Shown here: in pieces, positions 1 to 10,800 of the stretch
How the letters are laid out: each line of letters begins with the position of its first letter
How positions within the stretch are numbered: the stretch's first letter is position 1
Assembly: GCA_964390695.1 (NCBI GenBank)
Contig: CAYMKI010000002.1
Span: forward strand, 6,716-70,715
Reading direction: 5' to 3'
Length of the DNA: 64,000 bases
Source of the DNA: an uncultured bacterium
Lineage (GTDB): Bacteria; Chlamydiota; Chlamydiia; Chlamydiales; Parachlamydiaceae
The notes under the pieces: model-generated
The model's database searches: none
Seen by the model: the letters and a program-made list of their open reading frames with translations, nothing else
What the model was told of the DNA's origin: nothing
Position numbers and translations under genes: made by a program

Positions 1-3000
1 ATCGTCCCTATCTAATGAGTGCGCAAGCATTCTTAAAAGAATTGACGGGAGAACAGCGTACATGATAAACCTAACTGTAAATCCTCCAGGATCATCTTTT
101 ACGCTATTAATCGTCTTCCTTAACCCTTGCACGGCAGCATTTGAAAATGGTAGCAATTGGTTAATCCACTTCATCTGCTCACCGGCTACAGCAAAGTCTA
201 GTAAGTCGCGAGATTTGAATGAGGCGTAAAGCATAGCGTTATAATCGTCTAAATCTTTAGACTTAGCTTCTTTGAAAGAACTTCTGTACTGCTCTAATCG
301 AGTAGCTATTTCTCCGCTTGCTATTAAACTCCCGTACCAGTCGCTAACATTGCTCAACATTTTTCCGGGAGTTGTAATGATGTTGTTTTTGTCCTTCGCT
401 AATTCTCGAACTGCTTTATCTAACTCCTTGTAGTAAAAATCCTCACTCATTAAATAATACCCTGCTTGCCCTCCCCCTAGACTATTGTAAGCCTCTAATG
501 TTTGTTGTTTAAGATTTCGATTAATGTTTATGTCGTGCCCCGTAAACGCATTTGGTGACATTACAAATCTCGCTTGAATATCTCTAATTCTATTTTTAAT
601 CGCGAATACAGGGAAATTAATAATACCCCATCTAAGTAGGCTAGGTAGCGCTGTCAAGTATGGAGAAAGTTTTACGTTATCGGTTATATTTTTTACCGAT
701 TTGTAAACATCCGAATTTAACTTCCAATATTGTTTTTTTCCTTTATCAAATATGGTAATGGTGTTGTCTCCTGTTGATCCAACTTGAGTTCCTATTGAAC
801 CTAAAAATTTAGGATCACCTTCGTGCATTCCCCTAGCATGTACTAATAATTCTTTGAACGCTAAAAGAACATTATTCCTGTCTGACTCTCTTATTACATT
901 GGCCGTATTTCCTATTAATGACTCGTAAGGATTCTTTATTGTTTTGCTACTTCCTTTCTGTTTGTAGATTATCTCTTTAACAGAAGCTAAAGCTCCACCA
1001 GTGCTTTTTGTAAAACTAACTACCTCTTCATCTGGGGAAGATTCTGATATTCTTTGCAATGCAACATATTCTAAGTTTGTAGATTTTATTTGATTATATG
1101 ACTCTTCGCTTAATCGTCCGCTTGCAACAGCTATTTTGAGTCCAGCATCTGCGTACTCTTTATAACGTCTGGCTGACTCTTCAATTCGTTTTTTTGCATC
1201 TGGATTTTCTTGTGTGTGCTCATCTAATCTTTTATTGGCAATTGTTAAGTCTTGAAATACACCTGCTCCTGTACCAGTTAAAAAGTCTTGTCTATTTAAC
1301 TTAGAAGACATCTCAACGGTTCTTTTTGCTACCATGTAGCTAATCACTTTTTCTTGTTCATCCTTTATGGATTTTTCAGTAGAGTTGTCAAGGGATGAAA
1401 TGAGCCACTCAAAATTCATTGCCTCGCCAGTCTGCCTATCTATCAACCTATTTAATTTAGGCGCATTAGGGTCTGATGAATCAATGGGGTTATCCGGATT
1501 GATAAAACCGTTCTCAAGTATGTCTTGTATCTTACTGTTTTCCCCGGCTAATAATCTAGCAAGCATAACAGGGTCTTTCGAAGGCATTAACTTATCAATA
1601 CCTTTTTGATCTAACAAAAATTTTACGCCCTTCTGAAATGGCAATAAAGTATTCAGCCATTGTTGAGATAATCTATCAAAAATAGTCAGTTCAAAATTTT
1701 CTTTGGTAGGATTTCTCAATAGATTAGTAAAAAATCCTTTTGCTTTTTCTGGTTCAAACTGAACGTTAGACATTATTTGATGATGTCCCGACAACCCAAC
1801 GAATTTCCGAATGTCGTCACCAAATTTCCTAAGTGCTTCCTTTGTCTCACTCGGCACTGTACCCTCGAAAAGTTTTGATGTCTCAGGGTATTGTATAGAC
1901 ACCTCTGATGGGTTCACCATCCATGCCCTTATGTATTCAGCAAGACCTTCACTTAATTTATAGGCTTTCTTGTCAGACACGCCTTTACGTGGCTTAGAGC
2001 CAAATTTGCCTAGTTTATTAAGCTCTTTTTCTATGGCTGGATTTATCTTTCCTAATAAGTCAAATAAATCATCTATACTGTGCCCGACTTCGTGAGCGGT
2101 AGTGTCAAGATCACCTTGGAACTTTATTGCTATGGCTGCATTTGTAGACCGATATACCCCTAAAGCATTTCTGCGCGTGGTATTTTTTACGTAGTAGATT
2201 TTTGACTTTATGGTTTTGGAGAGGTCAATTACTATCTGCTTTAGCTTTTTTGGTTCCGCACCGTAAATAGGACTAACCGCAATACGCTCGGTTTTGTTTT
2301 TCCTTTTTGGAGATCCTATTGGGGGCTGATAAATTTTTTGAGTGCTGGCCTGCTCACCCTCATATGGATTAATATCCTTTTCTTCAATCTTCCAAACCGT
2401 CCCAGTAGTCGATTTGATTTTATATTTGCTATTCTCAAAAGTTTGTACTGTTCCTTTCGCATAGCTTCCGCTAGGAGTTATAAACTCTACAACATCTCCA
2501 CTTTTATAAGTTGTTTCCGCATCTTTTGAAATGTCTAAGTTTTCAATTTCATTTCTTTTATTCACTACCTCTTTTATCGTTTCATTAGGTATTTCTTGAA
2601 CATTTTTAAAATTAGTTTCTTCCAACTTATTAACAGAATTTATCAGGTGTGTGGAGTTTTTAAATCCATTTTCTTGAGCAATTATATTTGCTAATTTTTT
2701 CCCTTCTTTTTGTAATGTTTCATTTTTGATTTCTTCGCTTGAATATTTAATCTTTTGCTCATTGAAATATTTCTGACTTTCCTCATCCACAAATGGATTT
2801 TCTCGGTCTAGCATTGGGTCAATATAGCGGATGTTCCCTTCTGTATCTTTTATTACATTTTCTCCATGAACATCCGTAAGCCTTATCCCTAAATCAGGAT
2901 TATAAAATTGATTTTGACCGAGTGAACCTTCTGGGTGTATTTGAAAAAACCCACGTTTTGATAAGTCTTCAATTAATTCTGATCTTGGTACTGGATTTCC

Positions 3001-5649
3001 ATCAATATATGGCTGCTCGGAAACCGCTGATAGCCTACCTCCTTCTTTAGTAAATCCGATTAAATCATAAGATGTTTCAGGGAATAATGTTTTTTGAAGG
3101 TTGAGCCTATCCCAAAATTCAGACCATGAACCATGATTTGATAATCCATTTACTTTTATAACTTTATCCCCTTCTTTGTTTAGATAAACATCTTGCTCAG
3201 TCCCTCCATCTATTTTTTCACCAAGGTCTTTTTTTATGTCCTCAATGAATACCCCTGATTTTCTGGCATAAGACTCAAGTTCTTTATCTTGTTCTTTCTT
3301 TAATTGCCTTGTGCTTCTCTGTGCTCCTTTAATCTTTGGGATTGCTTCTTGAACTGATCTGGTGATGTTTTCCGCATCTTCTTGTTTGATTCTGCCTCCC
3401 TTCGGTTCTGTTCCTCGTGATAAGGGGTTAACTTCATTTCTGGTTTCATTGCTTTCTGGATTAGTTTGATTTAATGTTGGTTTTGTCTCAATTGCACCAC
3501 CTCCACTTTCAATAGGCTTAACTGGTTCTTCAACCGCTGGTTTTGCGGGTTCTTCTTTAACTGGTTGAACAGGTTGACGAACTTCTTCCTTAACTGCTTC
3601 TCCTGTGGGCTCATTTGGTTTTTCGCCTTCTTGGTAACGAACGTTTATCTTTACTTTTTGATTGCCATCTAAAATGTCCTTAGCAATTCTATGGTGCCCG
3701 TCAGTGATTACATACTTATCACCTTTTTTGATAACGGTTGGAATTCTACTGCCGGGCGAAGGGACGTAGTATTTGGAGACAAATGGTTGAGAGGGGGCTA
3801 TTTTATTAATGTCAATCTCTTCTTGAGAAGTCACATTTGACATTTCCCCTATATCTTCATAAGGATTTTCAATAGGCAATTTGAAGATATCTTTGGTAGA
3901 TATCCTTTGATCTTTTCGAATTGATTGTATTTCCCTCTCTAATTTAGCAACCTGTTTTGTTTTGTATTCTGCGGTATTGTCGTAGATACTTGTTAACTTA
4001 TCTTCTTTCGCTTTCAGTTCGCTAAACTCTTTTGGAGGATTATTTAAATCAACCTCTTCTATTTTGAGTGCTTTTTCTTTTTTCGGTTCGGCTTGTACTT
4101 GAACACTCTCTTTTTGAATATCTTTTGGAAGTGGCTGACTATCTCCTTTTCCAGTTGGCTCAACTTTAATTTCATTGGCTTGGCTTTTTAAGTACTCATC
4201 CAATATTTTCTTTGTCTCATACCGATCCTCAGTGCTCATGTTTTGCATGGCGCCCATAACTCCGGGCATCACAAATCCAACTACGAAGCCTGCGCCTGCA
4301 CCTTCAAGCATTCCTGATTTTAAGTCTCTCTCCGGATCGTATGAACCTTGCGCAATCTTGTTGGTCAAGTATTGCTGAACTGCTTCTTGGCTTGCCTCTT
4401 CTAATCCCTGAGCCGTTCCTTGTGCTGCGGCTTGTTTAATGGTTCCGATAAGTCCATTGCCAGTAACCTTGTTCAATCGAGTGAACATATTGGCTACCGG
4501 TATGACTTCCGTTAACCCTCCTGGAATGTTCTTTAGGAATACCGAGAACGCTTCATCATCTGATTTGCCTGCTGCCTTAGCAGCTTCATACTCTGGCACC
4601 GAAGCCTGCAAAGCTCCACTCACGGCCATGGGAGAAGTTAATGTGCCTACTAATTCTCTGCCTATGGATTGCTTCACAAGTCCCGTTTCTGCTGCGGCTG
4701 GGCCACCAGTCATAATCATTCCGATCATTGAGCCAAAGGCGCTGGGAACGGCTGAATTAAGAAATCCGGCTCGCTTCTCATCAATGGCCGTAATTCCTAT
4801 CTCTAAGGCTTTTTTGTCAATCCATTGCCCTAGTTGATAGGTGCTATAATTTTCAACTGGCCCATTATCAACGCCTGTTAAATCGTCAAGTTTTTTTGCG
4901 AGGATACCTACTGCCTTTGGGATAGATGTAACCGCTCCAATAAATGCTTTGTTGAATGAAGGGGCAATTTGCGAAGCATCCGCAACTATCTCACCGACAA
5001 AACCTTGATTCTCTCTCTTTCCAGTAATTTCTTCCTGAAATTCACCTACAACTCTTCTGGCATTCTTTTCAGCATCTTGAGCCCTCATAACTTGAGGGAT
5101 TTTCAAGTCTTTTATAAATGGATTCTTGAGCCCATAGTTGCCCTTGGCATCATCCTCCATGAATTGCTTGTACTGATCCTCTTGAATTGATTTAGGAAGA
5201 ACAAACTGATCTTTGTTAAGATTATCAAGAGTTTTTTGCTTGTCCTGTTCTTCTGTAAGTCCGTTATCCATTAACGGAATCTGTATGGGCTTACTTAAAT
5301 CAATCTGTCCGGGCAATCCTAATGGTTGAGGATCAGGAATATTTGTCACTAATGGCTCTGAAAAACCTTGCTGCGTACTCAAGCCATTCAGCAATTCTTG
5401 AGGAGATGAAATACTTTGCTTTTCTGGACCAACCACGCCAATAGGTAGCGCTGAGTCTTTTTTTTTTACTTTATTCTCAAATTCTTCAAATGATCCCAAT
5501 TCATATTCCTGCCCTACGCCATCGTAGAAGGCTTTCCTTTTAGATGGGTCTTGTAGTTTGGCTGCAAATTCTTCCAATGTGCCTACATCATACTTTTTAG
5601 ATACGGCTTCATGGAGAATTTTGATTTTATCTTGTTTTGGGTCGAACAT
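1..5649 (-). CDS. giant multidomain polyvalent-type virion/injected protein, partial (>=1883 aa; C-terminus lies beyond the window edge)
   Basis: Hand translation of the reverse strand from the ATG at 5649 (TAATG overlap with the upstream stop) finds no stop down to base 1 (5649 nt = 1883 codons). The ORF track omits it because it is open-ended. No other minus ORF >=60 aa exists in 5.6 kb. Gly/Ala-rich hydrophobic N-region, then ParB-like, kinase-like and HExxH modules. Confidence 0.8.
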   Translation of the reverse strand, partial: MFDPKQDKIKILHEAVSKKYDVGTLEEFAAKLQDPSKRKAFYDGVGQEYELGSFEEFENKVKKKDSALPIGVVGPEKQSISSPQELLNGLSTQQGFSEPLVTNIPDPQPLGLPGQIDLSKPIQIPLMDNGLTEEQDKQKTLDNLNKDQFVLPKSIQEDQYKQFMEDDAKGNYGLKNPFIKDLKIPQVMRAQDAEKNARRVVGEFQEEITGKRENQGFVGEIVADASQIAPSFNKAFIGAVTSIPKAVGILAKKLDDLTGVDNGPVENYSTYQLGQWIDKKALEIGITAIDEKRAGFLNSAVPSAFGSMIGMIMTGGPAAAETGLVKQSIGRELVGTLTSPMAVSGALQASVPEYEAAKAAGKSDDEAFSVFLKNIPGGLTEVIPVANMFTRLNKVTGNGLIGTIKQAAAQGTAQGLEEASQEAVQQYLTNKIAQGSYDPERDLKSGMLEGAGAGFVVGFVMPGVMGAMQNMSTEDRYETKKILDEYLKSQANEIKVEPTGKGDSQPLPKDIQKESVQVQAEPKKEKALKIEEVDLNNPPKEFSELKAKEDKLTSIYDNTAEYKTKQVAKLEREIQSIRKDQRISTKDIFKLPIENPYEDIGEMSNVTSQEEIDINKIAPSQPFVSKYYVPSPGSRIPTVIKKGDKYVITDGHHRIAKDILDGNQKVKINVRYQEGEKPNEPTGEAVKEEVRQPVQPVKEEPAKPAVEEPVKPIESGGGAIETKPTLNQTNPESNETRNEVNPLSRGTEPKGGRIKQEDAENITRSVQEAIPKIKGAQRSTRQLKKEQDKELESYARKSGVFIEDIKKDLGEKIDGGTEQDVYLNKEGDKVIKVNGLSNHGSWSEFWDRLNLQKTLFPETSYDLIGFTKEGGRLSAVSEQPYIDGNPVPRSELIEDLSKRGFFQIHPEGSLGQNQFYNPDLGIRLTDVHGENVIKDTEGNIRYIDPMLDRENPFVDEESQKYFNEQKIKYSSEEIKNETLQKEGKKLANIIAQENGFKNSTHLINSVNKLEETNFKNVQEIPNETIKEVVNKRNEIENLDISKDAETTYKSGDVVEFITPSGSYAKGTVQTFENSKYKIKSTTGTVWKIEEKDINPYEGEQASTQKIYQPPIGSPKRKNKTERIAVSPIYGAEPKKLKQIVIDLSKTIKSKIYYVKNTTRRNALGVYRSTNAAIAIKFQGDLDTTAHEVGHSIDDLFDLLGKINPAIEKELNKLGKFGSKPRKGVSDKKAYKLSEGLAEYIRAWMVNPSEVSIQYPETSKLFEGTVPSETKEALRKFGDDIRKFVGLSGHHQIMSNVQFEPEKAKGFFTNLLRNPTKENFELTIFDRLSQQWLNTLLPFQKGVKFLLDQKGIDKLMPSKDPVMLARLLAGENSKIQDILENGFINPDNPIDSSDPNAPKLNRLIDRQTGEAMNFEWLISSLDNSTEKSIKDEQEKVISYMVAKRTVEMSSKLNRQDFLTGTGAGVFQDLTIANKRLDEHTQENPDAKKRIEESARRYKEYADAGLKIAVASGRLSEESYNQIKSTNLEYVALQRISESSPDEEVVSFTKSTGGALASVKEIIYKQKGSSKTIKNPYESLIGNTANVIRESDRNNVLLAFKELLVHARGMHEGDPKFLGSIGTQVGSTGDNTITIFDKGKKQYWKLNSDVYKSVKNITDNVKLSPYLTALPSLLRWGIINFPVFAIKNRIRDIQARFVMSPNAFTGHDININRNLKQQTLEAYNSLGGGQAGYYLMSEDFYYKELDKAVRELAKDKNNIITTPGKMLSNVSDWYGSLIASGEIATRLEQYRSSFKEAKSKDLDDYNAMLYASFKSRDLLDFAVAGEQMKWINQLLPFSNAAVQGLRKTINSVKDDPGGFTVRFIMYAVLPSILLRMLAHSLDRDD
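2040..2200 (-). other. HExxH zincin-like metallopeptidase module inside the giant ORF
   Basis: FQGDLDTTAHEVGHSIDDLFD. The HEVGH codons lie at 2080-2094. Confidence 0.5.
2806..3270 (-). other. protein-kinase-like module inside the giant ORF
   Basis: GGTEQDVYLNKEGDKVIKVNG (nucleotide-loop/Lys-like) ... LTDVHGENVIKDTEGNIRYIDPM (HxxN catalytic-loop-like plus a DP metal site). Resembles polyvalent-protein kinase domains (from memory). Confidence 0.5.
3631..3800 (-). other. ParB/sulfiredoxin-like nuclease module inside the giant ORF
   Basis: Translated segment ...IPTVIKKGDKYVITDGHHRIAKDILDGNQKVKINV. The DGHHR codons lie at 3688-3702. Confidence 0.65.
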
Positions 5650-7034
5650 TAGAATCCTGCTATTTTAGTTTTGCCCGTTTTATTATTCTTATCGTATGCC
5701 TCTAAATACCTATCAAATCTATCTGCGCCAATGGAGGTCTTAGGATTTTGAGAATCCAATATTTCGCTCAAATAATACTGCGCTCTTTTTCTTGCTTCTG
5801 GTGTACTTATGTCTATATCAGATGTTACTTCTTGTTTGCCTTTATTGTAAGTGTTTTTTATGTAAGCATCCTTTAGCTGCTCAAGATTATTAGGATCAAA
5901 CTTAGGATCGGCTAAGTTTGCTTTAAATGTTAGAATGATCTTTTTTCCGTCAGCGCTATACTCTGCTTTCGATCCTTTTATTAGATTTCCTAACGCCCCA
6001 ATAGACTGTAGATTTTTTCTGTTTACAATCTTGTCAGTTATGTCTCTTCTGGCTTCTAGGTCTTCTATTTTATGTCCAAAGTCTATGCCCCATTTGCTGT
6101 TGGTTATTTTTTCTTTAAGATCATTAGTATTAGGCTTATTACGAAGATCAAACTTTTGCTCTGTCTTATCAAAAACAGGAAGTACTTGTTTTAAGAATTC
6201 TTTTTGCGAATTTTCATCATCTGGTTTTCCTGTTTTTTCTATTGAATGCATCTCCATCAACTGCCGCATATCTGGATTTGCATTTGCTAACCTGTATACA
6301 TCAGGACTAATATCGTTTAGTATTTTATTGCCATTTTTATCCAATTCAAACTCTACAACCCCATTTGGATTTAATTTTGTTCGGTAGTTTAACTTTGATG
6401 TTAGCGTAGAGGTAACATCATAATCACCTGCTATCTGTTTTTTGAATTGCTCAGTAGCTTGCTCGTCTAATGTGTTCATAAAAGAACGAGCCACAAAAGA
6501 CGGATTCAGATTTTTAGGATGATCAACGATTGACTCAATCTGCGCGATCCCTGCGCGAATATCATTGTCTGGTTTTAATCTACCCTCATTGTCAAACAAA
6601 GTGTCTCTGATCACACTTCTGGCCGAAGGATCAAACCGTCCTGACTTTATGTTGTCTTCAACTATCTTGCTGGCTTCATCATAAGTCTGCTTCCATGCAT
6701 CGTATTCTCTTCTGCGAGAATCAAGATTGGCTTGCAGTCTTTTACCAAGCATATCTGCCTTGCGAACGTCTCCGGTTTCCAATACCTGACGAACAGGCGC
6801 ACGAAGTTCGGCTTCAACGGAATCCCCTAAACGTTGATTTAATTGAGTGAACTTGGTTTCTGGGTTATACTTGTCGGCATAGTCCATCACCGAATCTCTG
6901 TCCTTTCTTTTTTGAGCTTGCACCGCAGCATCATTTTTTGATTGCTGGGCCTGCTGCATCATAAATACTTGAAGAGGATTTATGCTTCCCCCAAGAATGG
7001 TTGCGTTTCCGAGTGCTTCTTTGCCTACTGCCAT
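5649..7034 (-). CDS. hypothetical protein (probable internal virion/ejection protein by position)
   Basis: 461-aa ORF, translationally coupled on both sides within the structural operon. Confidence 0.6.
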   Translation of the reverse strand: MAVGKEALGNATILGGSINPLQVFMMQQAQQSKNDAAVQAQKRKDRDSVMDYADKYNPETKFTQLNQRLGDSVEAELRAPVRQVLETGDVRKADMLGKRLQANLDSRRREYDAWKQTYDEASKIVEDNIKSGRFDPSARSVIRDTLFDNEGRLKPDNDIRAGIAQIESIVDHPKNLNPSFVARSFMNTLDEQATEQFKKQIAGDYDVTSTLTSKLNYRTKLNPNGVVEFELDKNGNKILNDISPDVYRLANANPDMRQLMEMHSIEKTGKPDDENSQKEFLKQVLPVFDKTEQKFDLRNKPNTNDLKEKITNSKWGIDFGHKIEDLEARRDITDKIVNRKNLQSIGALGNLIKGSKAEYSADGKKIILTFKANLADPKFDPNNLEQLKDAYIKNTYNKGKQEVTSDIDISTPEARKRAQYYLSEILDSQNPKTSIGADRFDRYLEAYDKNNKTGKTKIAGF

Positions 7035-7035
7035 T

Positions 7036-7815
7036 TTATTTGCGGATTCTGATTCTTGGTACCGAACCTTTGAAAGATGGACCTAAATCCGTTTTAATCC
7101 TTCTGTTAAAACCAGATTGGTAGCCATTTAAAATAGGAAATTTTGGCTCTGAATCTGTTGTAACTGGATCTTCTTGCGCCTGATCTTGTGTGCCAGTCAA
7201 AAACTTAGCGGTCGTATTTCCTCCTGCTGCTTTTGACAATAGTCCAGCCGTAGCCAAATTGTTTATTCCGCTAAAGAGATTTGTATTGCCGGCATTATCC
7301 AAAGCATTTTTTGTCTGCAAGTACTCAGCCTGATTTTGTCTGTCATTCTGAGCGATCGCATTGTTAGCGTTGCTTAGTCGGCCAAAGGCATTCTCGCTGA
7401 ATTGATCACCTTGTGCTTGCACTTGGGCACTGGCATCATTGGCCTGAGCGGTGGAGCCTGCTGCTACTGCTGCTATTTTATTGGCGTCACCTCCAAACAT
7501 CCGCTGGGCACCCGCAATTTGATTAGCCTGATTCCTTCTGATACGTTCTTCCGATTGGGCTGCGCCAGGCGCTCTTCTGGAATACGCTTGTTGTTTCGCC
7601 AAATCACGATTCATAAGCAACTCCGGAGGAATGTAATTGCTCTTTTTTAGATTGTTAGCCTCGTTTTTCTGAAAAAATCCTCCTATTGTTTGTGCGAGTG
7701 CCGGTATAGCAGCTATGGCCAATGGTCCTAAAAGCAGATATCCATTAGTTCTTTTGGATAAAAGAGACGCTACAATACTCCAGAACAAAAATTGAAATAT
7801 GACTATCTCTTCCAT
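7036..7815 (-). CDS. membrane-anchored Gln/Ala/Asn-rich hypothetical protein (probable internal virion protein)
   Basis: 259-aa ORF with hydrophobic N-terminal segments followed by a low-complexity Q/A/N-rich region. Confidence 0.55.
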   Translation of the reverse strand: MEEIVIFQFLFWSIVASLLSKRTNGYLLLGPLAIAAIPALAQTIGGFFQKNEANNLKKSNYIPPELLMNRDLAKQQAYSRRAPGAAQSEERIRRNQANQIAGAQRMFGGDANKIAAVAAGSTAQANDASAQVQAQGDQFSENAFGRLSNANNAIAQNDRQNQAEYLQTKNALDNAGNTNLFSGINNLATAGLLSKAAGGNTTAKFLTGTQDQAQEDPVTTDSEPKFPILNGYQSGFNRRIKTDLGPSFKGSVPRIRIRK

Positions 7816-7838
7816 AGCGGGTGAATTTAGGCGTTAAT

Positions 7839-10800
7839 TTACTGAAAACTTTGCATACTTGGAGTATAAAATACGGTTATCGACTTCATGCTGTTGTAAC
7901 CAGTGACATTGCTGACAATGGTTATGTAGGCGCTTTGCCCACGGATAGAATCAGGACTCTTGTATTTTGACTCCGTGGTGGATCCAAATGAAGCATCGTT
8001 TATGTTCCGGAAAAATGCCGATCGGTAGGCGCTTGCCCTCTTCTGGAAATCCAAATAGTTGATTCTTGTCTGCAACTGACCGCCTCGGACATGGTACAGA
8101 AGAACGATATCCTCATTTGTGCCTGCAGTTGTGAACAATGTTTCCACATCGACCTCGATCGCGTTCCAGATGCATTCCAAAGATTGTCCCGGTGCTATCT
8201 CAAACTCTAAAGTTCGGCTATACTGAGTGCCAAACCAGTTATTCCAGTTCGCCTCTGGGGTCTGAATCCAGAATTGGCCACCAAGAAAGGCTATTTGCTT
8301 TTGTTCTAATATCCCCCAAAGAGTAGGTTTTATGTCGGCTTGGCAAACCCATGCATTGCTGGGCTCATGGAAGTATAGCGTGTAACCGGTGTTGTCCGAT
8401 ATTTTAACGAAACTGATCACATAGCAATCGTACTGAGGATCCCATCCTGCCACTATTCGGCTGTCGGAGCCCAAAGCTAAATGTGTTTCACAAAGGTTGC
8501 TCACCAATCCTTTGACTCCGTACTGTGAGATAACCGTCAATCCATCTTGTGACCTGCGGACTATAACCCCCTTGCGAGCATCGAGGAAATAAACTCTGGA
8601 GTCTCGGGAAACAATACTTCTCGGGTGGATGGAACCGTGGCCCCCTTGGTACTTTTGATCATCCCCGATAACGCTGTCAGTCTTTGTCAGAAATGAGCTT
8701 GATCCAGTATTAACAAATCCTTCGCCAACATAAACGCTCGAAGTCTCAGCTTCTGATATTGCAACCATGACTTGTCCTGCTTCTACTATTGAAACGCCTG
8801 GGCCGTTTTCTATCGGAAGAGCATATTCATTCAAAGCGTAGAAGGTATTCAATCCAAGTTGCTCCGAATTCTGAATGTACTGCTCACCAAATCTTAGGTA
8901 TGTGGTTTTGGCTATTTGCCGAGAATCTGATTTTATGACTGATCTTGCCCCAGGAGTAACCCAATTAGGAAAGTTCTTTGATAAAGTCATTTGCAGGGTT
9001 GCTATATTATAAAAATCTGTGTAGCCTCCGTAATTGTTTGCAAATGGATCTGTTGCTGAGTACGCACCAACTACTTTAGTTACGGTGAAATTGCCATACT
9101 CTACATCACCTTGAATTAAAGAACTTGCGGCATAATCTACATATTCAAAAAATGGCTCTTGTTCTACTTTCTTGGGAGTGTATATTTCAAATCGAATAGA
9201 AGTTCTATCGCTTGTTAACATTGTATACTTTGTGTCAAAATTAACAACGTCTATAAAAACAAATCTTCCTTCTTGAGATTTAATAGCGTAATCCTGTGCA
9301 ACTGACTCTCCAGAAGCATCATTTTTATTTAAGAACAGTCTAATCTTGTCACCTGCTGAAAAAGTATATCCTAAATTATTGGTTGTTAATAATCCAATGT
9401 CAATAGCTGTTCCTTCCGCTCCAAATGAAGCAAGTGTTTTGCTATATGATAGAACTCCGGAGGCATTTTTCTTGTAGTAGTAAACATCTTGAGTATATCC
9501 GCCCACAAAAAAAGTGGCGGTCAAATCTTTAGTGACAACAATTTTTGCCGTAGCCCATGCCGGAAGTGTTGGCAATGAACTTACTCTAATTCTGTATAAG
9601 ACAAGTGGATCGGATGGTATCGTTACAGTTTGCTCTTCAATGACAGAATAAACTCTTCCAAAAGAATCAGCTAGTAATACTCCAACAGTATACTTTCCTC
9701 CTGGCCTTGCCACGCGAAACACTTTTTCGTCTCTGCTTACGGTCTGAGCTTCTATGGTCAATGACAATGATCCTGTATAAGTAATATCTCTACCCTCAAC
9801 ATTATTCAATAGAAATATTCTATTCTTAAAAACGTTTAAACTTCTGCATGACAACGGAACTGAGTCGTTCCACTTGAATGAATCCGCATCAGGAATGGTA
9901 AACAAATAGTTATCATTGTAGAATAAATGGCTTGTTGTAAACGAACCTGTTTTTTCAACCCTGTAAATAATAACTTCATTAGATCCATTAATCCGAACTG
10001 CATACTCAATTTTTTTAACCGTAGATGGCGGAGTCCCTGACCTAGATACAGTTATCTTATTTGGACCATCTAAAATTGTAACCACAACGGGCTGACCAAC
10101 GCCAGCAACCACCAAAGAGTATAATCGAAGCACTTTACCTACATAAAAAAATCCATCCTTAACATAAACATTGGTTGTTGCTGTTGCTGCTGCTGCAAAA
10201 TCTGCTGCTCTAGCCCATGCGCCTGCGGCAATAACCCATACTCCATTTTCTTCCATCGTAGTTTGGCCTAGCAACACAATGCGCTGACCAGCAAACACAG
10301 TTCTTCCGTCAACAGAGCCCGGCACACCTGTTAATGCCAAATTTGTATATGTAACGCATTCCACATTCAGAGCATAAGGGCTCCCTGCTGTTGCTTGAGG
10401 ATGCACCCAGTCATTTGCTAAAGTGCTCCAAGGTCCAAAGACACTATAATCGTTGAGTTCATAAACATATCTGTGGGTAAACTGAAAATAGTTTCCGTAT
10501 ATGTTATTGTTGGTAACCGCATAGTCGTATTCAAGAACCCATGTAATCGGATTGACGGGCGGATTTTTAATTAATGCTAACTCTATTGCCGTAGGGGTAT
10601 ACGTTGCCCCAGCGATTGCCTTAACTACATCTATCCTTTGAATATCCGTCCGGCCATTAGTCCATATTAAAATATCCCCTACTATGTCCGCCTCAACTAC
10701 ATCGGTAGCCAGAAAGTCTAAAACAGCATTTCTTAAAACTACTGTGATAGCGCCATTTTTGTATTGGTAGATAGTATTATTTGAGGCCGTGGAATTAGCG

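Noticed and set aside
1367-5190. Five plus-strand ORFs of 63-132 aa listed in the track (1367..1609, 2338..2529, 4175..4378, 4439..4837, 4969..5190)
   Set aside because: All are antisense to the uninterrupted 1883-codon reverse-strand ORF. Their translations are Ser/Leu/Phe-rich and junk-like.
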